Part shown: positions 38,539 to 51,968 of the stretch, in pieces
Position numbering within the stretch: the first letter of the stretch is position 1
How the letters are laid out: each line of letters starts with the position of its first letter
Assembly (NCBI RefSeq): GCF_009834535.1
Contig: NC_045696.1
Location: forward strand, 47,494,001 to 47,558,000
DNA length: 64,000 nt
Direction of reading: 5' to 3'
From: Camelus ferus
Taxonomy: Eukaryota
Position numbers and translations under genes: made by a program
Notes under the pieces: model-generated
Database searches by the model: none
What the model saw: the letters and a program-made list of their open reading frames with translations, nothing else
Told to the model about the DNA's origin: nothing

Positions 38539-40984
38539 AAAGTTTTCTGAGGTAGAACTGGGAGAGGACTCCTGTGAGAAACAGGTCAATAGCGACATGC
38601 AGCAGGAGCAAAGACGGTAACAGGGACCTCATTTTCTGGGCAAGAAGATTTCCTCCAGGGAGGCGGAATGGCCTTCACAAATACACTCAGGACTGATTTT
38701 CATGGAACCTTAACAAGTGAAGGAATGAAACCAGTATTAATTTGATTTATACAATAAAAGCAATGCAACTTTTCTTGTCCCAGAGTCTAATCTGCTGAGA
38801 AATATCAACCCAAACGAGCAGGGTTTCTTTTGCAGAAATAAATTACACCTATAGCCAAAAGGGGGGAAGGCAAAAATATGGAGCACAACTTTTCAAGCCT
38901 TTTGTTTAATGAACGCCCCAGATTCACCTTGCCTCAGATGGCTCAGACAGTAAGTGCACTAAAGATTAACAAAGCAATACATGATGAAACTGACTTTTAA
39001 AATACTGACACTGTTGTGTCCTGATTATTTTATTTTTCTGCTGTTTTATCAGTATAAAGCTATACAAAAAATGATACAAATTTCTGCCTCAAAAATTTTA
39101 TTGGCCTCACTTTCTATACAAGATAATTAAACAAGTAAAGATAATTGGGCAAATGAAGATGAAAAAAGCATGGTAATCATTTGTCATTCTAATCTCATCA
39201 GCAGATAATTCATCTAGCTCAGACATGCTACTATTTAATCTATCTCCTTTCAGTTTGGGTAATGTTGCACTCTAATCAGGGGAATTCAAGCTTACTCAAT
39301 TATAAAGCAATGTTCCACAAGGTAGAACAGAAAACCTAAGCTACCTGTACATGCATTTTGCTTAATAGCACCTGCTTATGTGTCACCAACAGGAGGTAAA
39401 CTCTTTTGACTCTACTTTCAGAGTCAATTGATGTTCAATGAAAAGTAGAGATATCTTTGTTTAATAATCAATATCAGTTCAGTAAGGAAAAGGAAATAAT
39501 TCTGAAAAGTGAAAACAAAAGGCCCTGCTAAAATTTGAAATTGGTCCCATTTTTCCAAAATTAAATATACTCATATTAAATGATTCCACTGGTTCTTTAG
39601 GCTTTAGTCATCTTATCATTTATAATTCATAATAGCTTTTTCCTTTCATCACTAGATGTAGGGGGAAAAGCCCACCAAACAACATAATAACAAACAGCTG
39701 TTGGATGTGATCAAAATTTCCTAGGAAAGAAAATATGCTTAATATTATTTTTCTCATCATTTCGTCGTGTTTTGAAAGCTGCTTGTCACAGAACAGTTTG
39801 TATATAATGTGTTTATCATGTTACATAAAAAGTGAGAGATTCTACAATGAGCCTAATTATGCCCCTTGTGTTGGAGCCAGTTTTTGCCTGAGTAGAGCCA
39901 GAAGAGAATTCCTGCCCCAAATCCCAAATCCACACTGACTCCAAACGGCTGTCCCTTACTTGTCATGCATCTCAGCACTTGCTTCTGACATGTCGCCTTT
40001 CTTTGTGTATGCTTCCAAGAGACCTCAGGAAAGCACTGTAGTGGAGCCAAAAGATCTGGTCGCCAGCTCCCCCCACCCCCACCCCAGTAACTCTCAAGAG
40101 CTTTGTGGGCCCGCCAGGATATGCTGCAAAGCAGAGGGTTTTGTCACTTTTCTGACAATGCACACACTCAAGAGGAAAGACATCCAGTTTGTTTTATGTT
40201 GAAATTCAATTTCATGTCAAAAATAAAAGTTGACTGAAACTATTTGCTATTTATTGCATAGATTCTTAAGCCCTTAAGGAGCTAAGTCCTCTACCCGACA
40301 AAAATATCAAAAAGGTCAGAGAGCCCTTTGATAAATGCCGAGTCGTGATTTTGTTTCCATTTTCCTAAGGTGTGGGCTGTGTAGCTTGTACACAAATGTA
40401 ACAGTCGAAGGAAGGATTTGAGGATTTTATTTTAAGTCTATAAAAATTTTTGCAAATCTACAGTGTGGCCCAGCATGTGAGAGAAGAATCTTTTCCTCTC
40501 TGGGCCTCTGTGCTGCCCACTCGCTGCTTTTGAGAGAACTGCCCCAAGCAATTTGTCCAGCCGAGGTAGTCACATATTATACCATTTGACCCATGGCTGC
40601 CCAAGGGCACTCCGTGGCCGCTGGTCTATAATCTGGACTGTTATAAGGATTTTTCCAAGTCTAGGCATGATGACAATTCACTGGGCCAGATTCAATCTTG
40701 TTATTCTTTTATTTTTTTTTAAAGGCCGGGGATTATTGACAAAAACCATATAACTGGGAGTGGGTCTAGAATGAGAAAGACAACAGGAAGCAGAGGGAGA
40801 CAGAATATCTGAGAAATACAGCAGCATAGCACTAGAACAAAGATGCATGGATAAGTGCTCCTAAAGGAAGATCTACTAGAGTTCATCCTGTGTCACCAGA
40901 GCTGCTGTCAATCAAACTACCAGAGCTATTGCTGTGTCATTAAGATACTTCTGTGTCAGTGAAGCTTGGATATGTAGGTCGTTC

Positions 40985-41720
40985 CTTCTTTCAACAGATA
41001 TTTATTGAGCACTTCATGTATGCTGAGTACTGTTCTTGATGTGGACAAATAGACAGTAGTGAAATAGACAAGACACCATGTCCCTCATGGGGCTTATTAA
41101 TGCTTTGATGCAGAGAGGCAGAAAATAAATGAAATAAATCAGTAAATTGTATGACAAATTAGAAGGAAAATTGTTATGGATAAAACAGACCAAGAAGGGG
41201 GACACGGGTTGGAGGGAGTGATGGGAGTTATGGTTTTAAATACGGTGGTCGGGAAGGACCTGAGGAGGTAGCATCTGAGCGATGATCTGCAGAAGGTGAA
41301 AGAGCTACCCATGAGGATATCCGGGGCAGGAATGTTCCGGATGAAAGAAACAGTACCTACAATGGCCCTGAGCGGGGAATGTGTCCAGCCTGTGAGAGGC
41401 CACTGTGGGAGCATCAGTGTGAGGGAGCTGAGAATAGGAGGAAAGGAGTCAAAGAGGTCAGCTCGGGGGGATGCAAAATGTGTGGGGCCTTGTATGGACT
41501 TTGACTTCAGTGGCGGGGAGCCCTTGGAAGATTCTGAGCACAGTGATCAGACTATATTTTAACAGTCTCTTAAGCTGCCGTATTGAATTTAGATCACAGG
41601 CAGTCGAAGGGAGAAGCAATCACGGACTTATGACAATAATTCCAATGGGAGATGGTGGTAGTTTGAGCCACGTCGGTAGCAGTGATGAAAAGTATTTGGA
41701 TTCTGGGTATATATTTTGAG
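40985..41720 (-). mobile_element. L2a-like fragment
   Basis: ttcaacagatatttattgagcact...ggattctgggtatattttga. Confidence 0.8.
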
Positions 41721-41827
41721 TGTATCCATGTTCCTTCCTGAGTTTTTTTAAGATTCTTTTATTTCCTGAACTTTAGAAGAGTTTTTATTTGTTGAATAAA
41801 AATTCATTAATCAAAAAAAGTTTATTG

Positions 41828-42829
41828 GCTGACTTCTACTTCCAGATAGATGAAATAGACTTAATGGTCCGACTTCTCTAAGTACAACTAAAACCCCTGA
41901 GCGTTCTGTATCAGAAAGACTAAGAAGACTTGAGAAGTTGAGAAGAGACAGCTAGGAAATTAGAGTCCCAAGAAACAGAATAGTGAGTTCCCTGTGTTTT
42001 CTTTTTAACTCATATTGTCCTAAGTTGGAACTAAAGAAGCCAACAACCTGAAAATGCCACCAACTACAGGCAAACAAGCCTATTCTCTTTAGGTAAAGGA
42101 CTGGGAAAGAAGCAGTCTTGCAAGACAGAAAACTTTTAGACAGTATCTGCTCAACTCCAGTCAAACCGTAGAGGAAATTGTGATCCCGTCTCCACTCACA
42201 CAAGCAAAGGCTGAGTGAAACCTAGACTTCCACACTCAGGAGGCTGTAAGAGGTTTCTCAAAACCCCCACCATATGACATCAAAGAAAGCCATGGGGAGC
42301 CAGGATTGTCATCTCTCTCTGACCCCAGAGGGTAATGAGGTCCCCACCTCCATCCCACAGGATCAGTGGAGATCACATGGAGATCAGAGGAGGCCTAGTG
42401 GAGAGTCAGGACGCTAAGCGCTGCCCAGCAGTCAGAGACCCACTCTCACTCTAATGTCAGGAGTGACCCCTTAGGGAGCCAGAACTCTCACCCAACCCAG
42501 CAGTAACAAGGACTCCCCACCCACCCTAAGTTGTCAATAGACGTTTGAGAGGAGAACCTAGACTCCTACCTCCACCTGGCAGGAACCAGCCAGTGCCCGC
42601 TCCCCACCATTGCCAGAGTGCTGAGAGAGAAAGCCTATCAAAACAGAAGGTAGAAACAAGAATCAGAGTCTCATTAACAAAAAACAGAAATGTCCAGATT
42701 TCCATAAAAAATCACCATTATACCAGGAGCCAGGGTGATTCCAACTGAATGAAATGACAGTCAGTAGATGCCAATGCTGAGATGACAGAGATGTTACAAT
42801 GATCTGGAAAAGATTTTAAATGGGTCATG

Positions 42830-42864
<35 letters not shown>

Positions 42865-43316
42865 CCATGAGTAATTATGAACATTCTTGAAACAAATGAA
42901 AACAGCCTCAGTGAAGAAACAGGAGATATAAAGAAGACCCAAAGAGAAATTTTCGAACTGAAAAATACTAGCCTTGAAGTGAAACCTCAGTGGCTGGGCT
43001 CAAGAGCAGAACGAAGAGGACAGGGTAAAGAATTATTGAACTAAAGACCGAAAAATAAAAATTATGCAGTAATTTCTGAACAATAGAGAGAAAATAGACT
43101 GAAAAAAATAGAGTGTCAGGGGTCTGTAGGGTTATAGTAGAAAATCTAACATTAATGTCATTGGTGTTTCCAAAGGAGAGGAGGAAAAGGCTGGAGTTAA
43201 AAAAAGCACGTAAAGAAATAACGGCTAGAAAATTCCTAAATTTGACAAGAGACAGAAACCTACATATTCAAAAAGCTAACCAAACCCCAACAAGACAAAC
43301 CTGAAGATACCCATGC
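41828..43316 (+). mobile_element. Old L1 5' UTR and ORF1 remnant
   Basis: gacttctacttccag 5' end; ORF 43113..43304 ends ...[26 protein letters not shown], resembling L1 ORF1p. Confidence 0.75.
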
Positions 43317-43465
43317 CATGAATGGGTGCTGAATTTCATCAAATGTACTCTCTGAATCAATTGATATGATCATGTAATTTTTCTTCTTCAGTCTGTTAAT
43401 ATGGTGAATTACACTGAGTGATTTTCTTGAACATTGGACTAATCTTGCATCCTTGGAAAAGACTA
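43317..43465 (-). mobile_element. Inverted L1 ORF2 (RT domain) fragment
   Basis: ORF 43260..43478 contains [33 protein letters not shown], matching L1 RT [28 protein letters not shown]. Confidence 0.9.
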
Positions 43466-45789
43466 TAATTAAAAACAAAAAGCTTGGTATCCACTCAGTT
43501 GGGAATAACGCAATTGTGCAAAATCACTTTGTGTCCTCGTTCATGTAATTTAGATTTGATTAGGGACTTTTTCTTTAAGCCCCAAGACCATTAGTCTGGT
43601 TTTCCTCATGACTTCTTCAGTCAAAAGGTCATCCTAAACAAATCACAAAGAGAATAATTGATCTTCTACTATAGTACCTGCGATGTAATGTTTCACAAAC
43701 CGAAACAAGCCACACATTCTATTTTTCTCACTTGACATAACCTTAGCATTTTAAATTGCTATTCTGTCACTATATAAGGATACTAGCTGTGACCACACTA
43801 GCTTTGTTGAAATGTATTTCTGCTTAAAAGAATGTAGTTGAAAATACTGAATAAGTTTCATAATAGAAAATAAGCAGAGAGTGTGTGTTTTAATGAACAA
43901 TCTTAGCCTATATAGAAAAAAACTAATACACTTCCTAACTTTAATCAGAACAGAGGGCAGTGTAGAGAGCTGCTTATTTTCATTTGTGTAGACACCAATT
44001 ATTTTTCATAGAGGTCACTGAACTATTTGTAATATGCTAATATGCTGGACATTCAATGCCACTGCACAAATTTCACATTTTTTCCCAACAGGGAATCTGG
44101 GAGCAAGCAGCAGGAGAAACAATAGCAATTTTGAGTTCTTATGTAAGAATTGCATTTCTTATGCAACTATATTTATTGATTCTCAGTCTCCCCTCCAACC
44201 TCCTCATTGTCCCCAACTTCCAAAAATCCACTTTCCTACCACTGGTCTTAACCTTGCTTGCCTGTCCTACTCTGCTTCATATTAAATTGGAGGATACATT
44301 TTTTTTAAAAAAGATGCAGTGTATTTAAGCCCTCAAAATCCATGGTTGGATCACAAACTACCTTTATGGGTTACTTCAGGAAAAATCCAAGTAAAAAATA
44401 ATAGTTTGAAATCAAACTGCTTTGCTTTCAACAGTGTCTTCTTAAATTATCACTGAACAAAACCACTGACCGAATTGCCATCTCTTCTTTATGTAATGTT
44501 TCACATTTTTTTTTTTTTTTTGCTAAGCAAAAATGTAAACCACCAAAAAAGTATCTCCCCCAAATGAACACTATTGGAAAAAAATTCAAGTGACTAGTGC
44601 TTCAGATGGTGATTTTATATCTTTTCAACTATTTTTCTATGTAATTGAATTATTTGCAGGACAGTTTTCCGTATCTAAACTTGTATGTGGATTCTTTGTG
44701 ACGCAGATATTATCACGAACTAAACGTCTGCATCACAAATAAAATACCTGTGTCATCTTCTGTTGTTCATTTTTTGTTCAGTTTCAAAAAACTATTTTCT
44801 AACTTACTTTAAGTCATCTTCCTTTAAAAGTACATCTGACTCCTAAACTTTATCAGCTTTAATTATAGCCACAGGAAATGGAGTTTGGACTGGCTTGATA
44901 GTAAACTATTCATTCAATGGCCATCATTTTTTCAGGCTCAAATTTTTAGTTTCGTTTGGTTTCTTTTTTGTGACCAATATACAAGACTATCACTATAACT
45001 GTGCTGACAGAATGTTTAATAATATCTTTCTAAAGAGGCAATGGGTCAGAATAAATATTCCCTGAATGTTAGTGCCTGGTAGGTTTCCAAATATGAAAAA
45101 AAAAATTATACTGAGAAAACATCACTAGTTACTAGATGTAATCAAGAACTTGCTTAAGCCTGTCTTAGATGTTCAAATTAACATAACTGATTTCTGTGAA
45201 AAATGAAGATATACTTCAGTAATATTTTATGTAATCTGGTGGGCTACATCTGAAGGGAAGTTATATGTCAAAGGATTTATAAGGACATCTAATTCAGAGA
45301 TATGCTACATTTTAAGTAGAGAATGTGAGCAAGAGCAGTTTGCTATATAAACTTTTTCAGAGCATCATGCCATTTGGTGGAATTCTTGACAAGATATACT
45401 GTAAATAATACAAAGCAGTATAAATGATGTGTGGAAAAAAATCTTTCACTGGTGGCCTATTTTTCTTTTCCCAACCTCTCTTTGCAATCTTTGACTCAAA
45501 CCCTGGGAAACAGTATTTCTCTGCAGATTCATGTTGCTCATTAAACAAGGTCTGGTGACTCCTTAAGATAATCATCACCACAGCCTGTAATTAGCCTTAA
45601 GGAAAATGAAAACAAAAACTACACACATTTATCCATCTATTTTATTCTAGTGCTTGCTGGAAACAGACACTGCAATCAAAGAGGAAAAGGAAACATATTG
45701 GGAGAAAAAGAGGTGGGAGAGAGTGGAGAAAGACATGCTGAGTCTGTGGGCTCGGGTCTAGCTTTACATACAGGCATGAACTTTTCTTA

Positions 45790-46170
45790 CATTCGTTCAT
45801 TCATTCCAAAACTGTTTTGCAGTGCTGGCCACCTGCCAGCTGGGCGATACCCATAAGGATAGAATAAGGAAAATAAATAATCATACAAAGAAGTGTATAT
45901 AAGTGACTCCAAAAAAAAAAAAAAGAGAAAAAGGATCTTGTTAGGGAATTGGGGGACGTTTACCAAAGAACTTATCATTTGAGCTAAAATCTGAAGGAGG
46001 ATAGGACTGGACAAATGGGAAAGAAAAATCTCTCTGAGAGTGGTTACAGGAAAGCAGAGGCCCTATGTCAAGAGGAAGCATGGTGATGAGAAGCTGAAAT
46101 CTCATCCAAGAACCCAGAAACTAATTAGTGCAAGTGACCAGATATGAACGACACTGCACAATGCAGAGCC
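45790..46170 (-). mobile_element. L2 fragment
   Basis: cattcgttcattcattcc tail, tcatttgagctaaaatctgaagga. Confidence 0.6.
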
Positions 46171-47699
46171 TTATAGAGCCTGATATTAATGACTTGTGGA
46201 GGAGTTTGAATTCCAATGGTTGTTGGATTAGTTCTTGCAAACATTTCAACTGGACTTGAAACCCTTTCATTGGAAGATGAGACACTGATCAAGATCTGGT
46301 TGCCCACATTGCTAATCAGGAATCAGGAATCAGGAATCTGGAGCAGGAAATTGGGTGGTAGAAGAGCCACACAAAGTACTGTGATTCCAAAAAGTCAGAT
46401 TTCTACCTTCTGGGGTGGGCTCCTGCCCTTGGGTTATTAAAGTGGTGAACAGCACAGGGTATCTGAAGGGAGGCCTGGAGAGAAGTGATAATACAAAAGT
46501 GACTGCTTTTCTTTTTATCTTAATATTTTTAGGAAAGATTTCAGACCATTATAACAAATAACTTCCTAATAGAGTGACTCAAAGACCAGGTGGCTTTCAA
46601 GGAGGAAGACGGTCCTCCTGCTTGAGATGTTCATTTATAGTCTTGACAGATGGGTCAGATGCCTGAAACAGATTGATAGATTGATATGCAGTAACTAATT
46701 AGTTTATCATTCTTGATTTTTTTTTATTATGCTGTGAACATTGTCCTGTTTAATGGGCAACATTTGTTGCCTCAGTGGGTGTGAAACAATATGGTAGAAA
46801 TATGACCCTTGTTTGTCAAAAGCCAAGGCAGAGATTTGAAGAACTCAGAACATACAATTTTTGTCCTAAACAAAAATTGGGGAATATTTGAGAATATATA
46901 ATAAAAAGCAGTCTACAGTGCCTCCTATTAAATAAAGATACTTTAGACTCCTTAGAAGGAGTGAGTTTAAATATAAAATAATAAAGTTAGAAGCTGAGAT
47001 TCCTGAAAATTTTGTGCTCTATTTCAGGTACCAGATCTCTGCCTCTAAGCTGGTCCACCCAACTTAAACTTTGTTAAGGAAGCAGAGATCAAAAGCAGGG
47101 TAGCACTCCAACACCAAGCCCCCTCCACCAATTCTTGAGTAGAATTTGAGAAGATGCAAGGCCTGTAATTTCCCCCATGTCCTAAGGAGCAGTAAAGGAG
47201 AGACAGTTTCTATGGCCAAAAGTGGGACCACAACACATTTAATGCTTCTGTGAAACACTTGGATATAGCACAGAAACTTCTACAGGGACAAAAAGATGTG
47301 GCTGTGGCTTGGGTGAAACAGTAGTTGAAGACCAGAAGGGCAGGGTCACCAGTATGTGCTGGTCGCTGGTACTAATTAGCTACTACCAACATCCATTTTG
47401 ATTGTGCCTGTGCCATTTTGATTTTTTGATATTTTAATATAGTTTGATGACTACCCTTGATCATTACCGAAGTCAGCTGGATATATGGCAACACACACCA
47501 GACCTCATCCTCCTATATATTAGTGTCACTGGCAAAGCCCAGTAACAATTCTTGGGAAATAAAAATAGAATCTGGGTGATAAACTAAAGCCTAATCTTTT
47601 CCTTTCCTTTGTGCTTTGTCTAGTATAACTTGCTCTTGGGGTGCCACATGTAGAGACCTTGTCCCCAGCACTTCAGATCAGAGTTCCTTGTGCTAAACA

Positions 47700-48013
47700 G
47701 CCAGGTCGGAGGGACACTGCAGCTCTGTGGTCTGTGTGCAGAGACGCTGCTCCGGCACTGCGAGCTGAGCTGGAGCTCAGAGGGAACAGCTCAGAGGGAC
47801 CCGCCCAGGAGAGCTCCGCCCCGCCCGGCCCCCCCCCCGCTGACGCCATCCCTAGAAAGCAGCCCCACCTGCAGCCTCCGGGCGAGCTGGGGGCGCGAGC
47901 TGGGGAGAGCGAGGACGCTGGATCCCTGAGCTCGCCCCTCTCCATTCTCTGATCACAGAGAGAGCTTTCCTTTGCTTCGGAACTGAACTTTGTCCCATTC
48001 TATCGGTGTGAGT
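47700..48013. promoter_or_regulatory. Small CpG/GC-rich patch with three GC boxes (candidate promoter)
   Basis: CCGCCC at 47801, 47816 and 47821; TGACG at 47841; many CpGs in an otherwise CpG-depleted window. Confidence 0.5.
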
Positions 48014-49949
48014 GACACCAGGCAGGAGGACCCTTGTTGGAAAGTGACTAGAAAAGGTCGTTAACATTAACATTACTAAGTTCACCTTATTATGGGTGAA
48101 AGAGAGAATGGAAGAGTTTCTAAATCGAGATTACATTTCCATTATGAAGAAGAATGGTAATCTTAGAATTTAAGTTGTTATAGAAAAATTCCATTCCATT
48201 CCCCATACACCTGACTGTGTAGACCAAGAGTTCATATGTATCTGAACATTATACACACACACTCCCCAGAGTTTGTAGCAACAGGAAATAGTGGCTTTTT
48301 GTGTTGCCTATCAATATGAGACAGGTAGTGCTAAATCAGAACTCTGTTTACCATCTAAAACAAAAATCTCTTCCTCTTAGGAGAGGAAAAATTACTTATC
48401 TGAAAAAACAAAATAAATTCAAAATATAAACACACATAAGTAAGTGACAACAAAAACACTGAGCCCAGTCAACGTAAGAATTCTCCCAGTAAATATCATC
48501 CAGGTGTCAAGACTCAGCAAGGATGTTGTTTGTTTTATACAAACTTTCCACCAATAGCCCAATTCTCACAGGCATCTCAAACCTAATGAACTGCTCACTA
48601 GAGGAGGAAAGCCTAAACGTGATCCTTGTTAAAACTGACGGTAGTCACTTTAAGTCAGAGAACACTGGCAGGCTGTTCCCTGCCTCTGAGCCTGGCTGTC
48701 AGAACCATTTCAACTAAAACCAATCATCAAAGCAGGTACACACGTCTCTTTCCATCCACATCTGGTTGGTCCCTGATGCATGTTTCTGTTTTTTGTGTGT
48801 GGTTTTTTTTTTTTTTTTGATATTTATTGTCTTACAGTAAAGTGCTAGGGAAAAAAGTATGTGGAAGTTAAAATAGGAAGCTATTTGGTGAGGCTGGTGT
48901 TTTTTAGGAGTATAGGATGGTCAGTGGTCAGGGAGCCACAGAACATTGCATTCATCAGTGTTGCTAAATTCATATCCATTACTTACTTCACCCTTGAAGC
49001 CACAATGTTGAGGGCAGAACTAGGCATAGAATCCAAGACTTCAGACTTCATTCAAATCAAGGTTATTTCTATTGCAGCAAACTGCCTTTAATCATATTCT
49101 GTAATGTGGGATGCAGGAGCAATTTTGAGAGGCTCAGAAGAATAAAATCCTCACTCTGCCGGAACAGTTTTTTGCCAAATGAACTGAAAATACAAGAACA
49201 GTGGGTAAGACTAACTCAGCTGATGGCAGACCAGTAAACCTGCAAACAACAGGAAATGGACAAAGAAGAACTCTAATTACAGGGATTCATGTCCAAAGAG
49301 ACACAGAAGTGTGAAGAAACCATGTTGTAACTGTATTAACCTAGACTTGTACCAAAGTACCATTTTTATACTCAGTTTCCCTTTCTCTAGCACTCCTCCT
49401 TGACAGAGATACACTTAAAATTTTTTAATAGAGATAATGCATAAATAGAGTCTCCTTTTTCAAAGTCTGACACAATCAGCCTTATCTCTGGTCTTGAATA
49501 TGAAATGAGAAGCAGAGATTGATGTCAGTATAACACAGAAGATGCTTTGGTTCCTACATTAAATTTTCCACCTTGTTAGTATTTGGAAGTGATCAGGGCA
49601 AGCTTTTGCACAATTCAAGAGGAAACCTTAGCAATATATGAAACCTTAACAGAAAAAAAGAAAAATTGAAAATCTTTCAGGAATGTCTTCCTTTAGTCCA
49701 AATAGTCACGGAACTGCCCCAATTTCCACCCCTTTAAGCTATCTGGTGAGGCTGTGAATGCAGACAAAGGAGCTGTGAAGGGTCTATATTTCCCTTGATT
49801 AAAAACAAAAGTGATTGATGAAGAAGGCTACACTTTTGTTTTAATTTTGATAAGGCTGGTCTGTTAGAGGTACATGTTCTGATGTAGGGACCCTGAGCCA
49901 GGGTTTAAGGCCACTGGCTCCACCAACCATGATTGGAGATCTAACTGAG

Positions 49950-50133
49950 TGGCTCTTAAGTGTTATCACCACACACACACATACACAGACAGTAATTATG
50001 TGAGGCGATGGAGGTGTTAATTAACCTCATCATGGTAATCATTTTGTAATATATGTATCAAATCATCATGTTGTATACCTTAAACTTACACAATGTTCTA
50101 TGTCAATTATATCTCAATAAATCTGGGGAAAAA
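49950..50133 (+). mobile_element. L1MA-type 3' end
   Basis: tatgtgaggcgatggaggtgttaattaacc...ccttaaacttacacaatg...tcaattatatctcaataaa. Confidence 0.8.
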
Positions 50134-50749
50134 GGGACCATGGCAAGGACACAAAAAAAGTGAGTAACAATTTGGAAGGATGTCTATAATAATTATAAGA
50201 GCTAAAGTTTATTGTATACTTACAATATATATGTAAGCACAATGCCAAGTTATTTAGTTTCAGTAAGAAGCAATAAGTAGTTGTAAATCAGAACTTGTCA
50301 GTCAAGATATAGGCACTTATCCTTGAGATAGAGTTGATCTCAAAATCCTCAAAATGACATTTGAGTCAAATAATCAAAATATTTTGCCAATTTCTTCTCT
50401 AAATCCCCAAATTCAATTTTACTATAAACTTATTATATGCTTATAATTTGGGATCATAAGATTGAAAGTGAACTTCAGTTTAGCAAGGATGAAATGTTTC
50501 ACAACTTCTGAGTAAGCCAAGTCCAAATTAATGTTTACTGTCCCTAGGCTGCCCATTTGGCCCTTAGCCAAATTGATCCCGTGTTTGAGGCTCTGCTCTA
50601 AGGAGGCCAGGGCACTGCAGCTGGTCCCAGCTGGTGCCCGGAATGGTTTGAGGTGGCCTTAGTCAGCACCCATAAGATTATCAAGTGTTCTAGCTCTATT
50701 ACCCATCACAACTTCAGCATGCCTCTTGAGCTGCTATTATCCTTTGGAG

Positions 50750-50985
50750 AGTGCAGTGTGTTATGACTGAGACCATGAGATTTAGGATAAAAAGCATATA
50801 CTCAATTCCTAACTTGGGGACATAATGACCTAAGATCTCTTAAAGTTATCTGAGCTTTAATTCCTTCATCCTTGAATTAGGAGTTGTAATAAAGTCTTCC
50901 TTATATAGCTTCTGTGAGGACCAAATAGACAACAAGCATGAAAGTTCTTGGTAAATTGGAAAGTCCTGTACAGATGTCATTATTT
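50750..50985 (+). mobile_element. MIR
   Basis: tctgagctttaattccttcatccttgaattaggag...tgtgaggaccaaat. Confidence 0.6.
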
Positions 50986-51789
50986 GTTTTTGCTGAATTA
51001 ATTGAATTCTGTTGATTCCCTTTCAAGGTAGTAGTAATTTTGCCCTGGTGGAGAAAAGAAGCATTGAGATCTGTGTCCCTCTCTTTTATGGCCCTTTGAT
51101 CATCTTGTTAAAGGTGTGATGTATCTCTGTCTACCTCAATATCTCTCTCTGTCTACATGAAACCTAGCACCTCTGTGACTTATTCTGACACAGTCACTCA
51201 AGAGAGACTTCTGCCCAGGCGAGAAGTTCAAAATAATGAACACATCTTGTTACTGAGACACTTTTGTCCTAATGGGAAACCCAATTCTAATGAGTTAGGC
51301 TGCATTACACTGAGAATTCCTTCTGCCCAGGTTTCAGGGAGGCTTAGCACCTAGAAGTGGCTGTAAACACAAATGCCCAGACAGGCAAAGCAGATCATGT
51401 TAATTAGTGACACTGACCGGGCATACTAACAGAGAGTGATGGAAGCTGACAAACTGGCAGGCACTTTTTGTCTAGAGGGAGCAGCAGCTACTCAACCACT
51501 TCCCTCTCGTCTCCCCAATCTTCCAACTTTAAGAGAAGGTAAAGATCGAGATTTTTATGATTTTTTTTTTCAATTTTCAAAATACACTGTGGGTACCAAA
51601 AATGACTGGATCTGGCCTATGAATATCTTACTTGGGATTCATGGCCTACAACCAAGGCAAGGCAGAGCTACTTACATCCTTGTCTGTTCCCTCTAGGGTC
51701 ACAGTTACGTCTTAGTCCTTTGTGTTTTAGAAGCAAGATCTGTCTGGGGGGGACGAGGGGTCAGCAAGCAGACTGTGACGTCAACTGGA

Positions 51790-51968
51790 TCGGTGGTGGC
51801 AATCTTGGCTGCACACTGAAGTCACCAAACGGGCTTTAAAAAATGCTGATGCGTGGGGCCCCATCCCAGCAGTTCTGATTCACCTGACCTGGGTTACATC
51901 CTGGACATGGGAATTTTTTTAAAGTTTCCCAAGAGATTCTAATGTGAGGCGCAGTTGTGATCACCAAA
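51790..51968 (+). mobile_element. MER5A-like MITE
   Basis: cttggctgcacactgaagtcacc...taaaaaatgctgatgc...ttctgattc...gattctaatgtg. Confidence 0.75.

Noticed and set aside
46315..46342. (AATCAGG)n short array as a CRISPR-like or functional repeat
   Set aside because: A 7-bp slippage repeat of about four copies with no spacers; similar trivial duplications at 7236-7261 and 14290-14335
47641..47952. Overlapping 77-103 aa ORFs on both strands
   Set aside because: Expected from stop-codon scarcity in a GC-rich patch; low-complexity Pro/Ala/Gly products with no recognisable family
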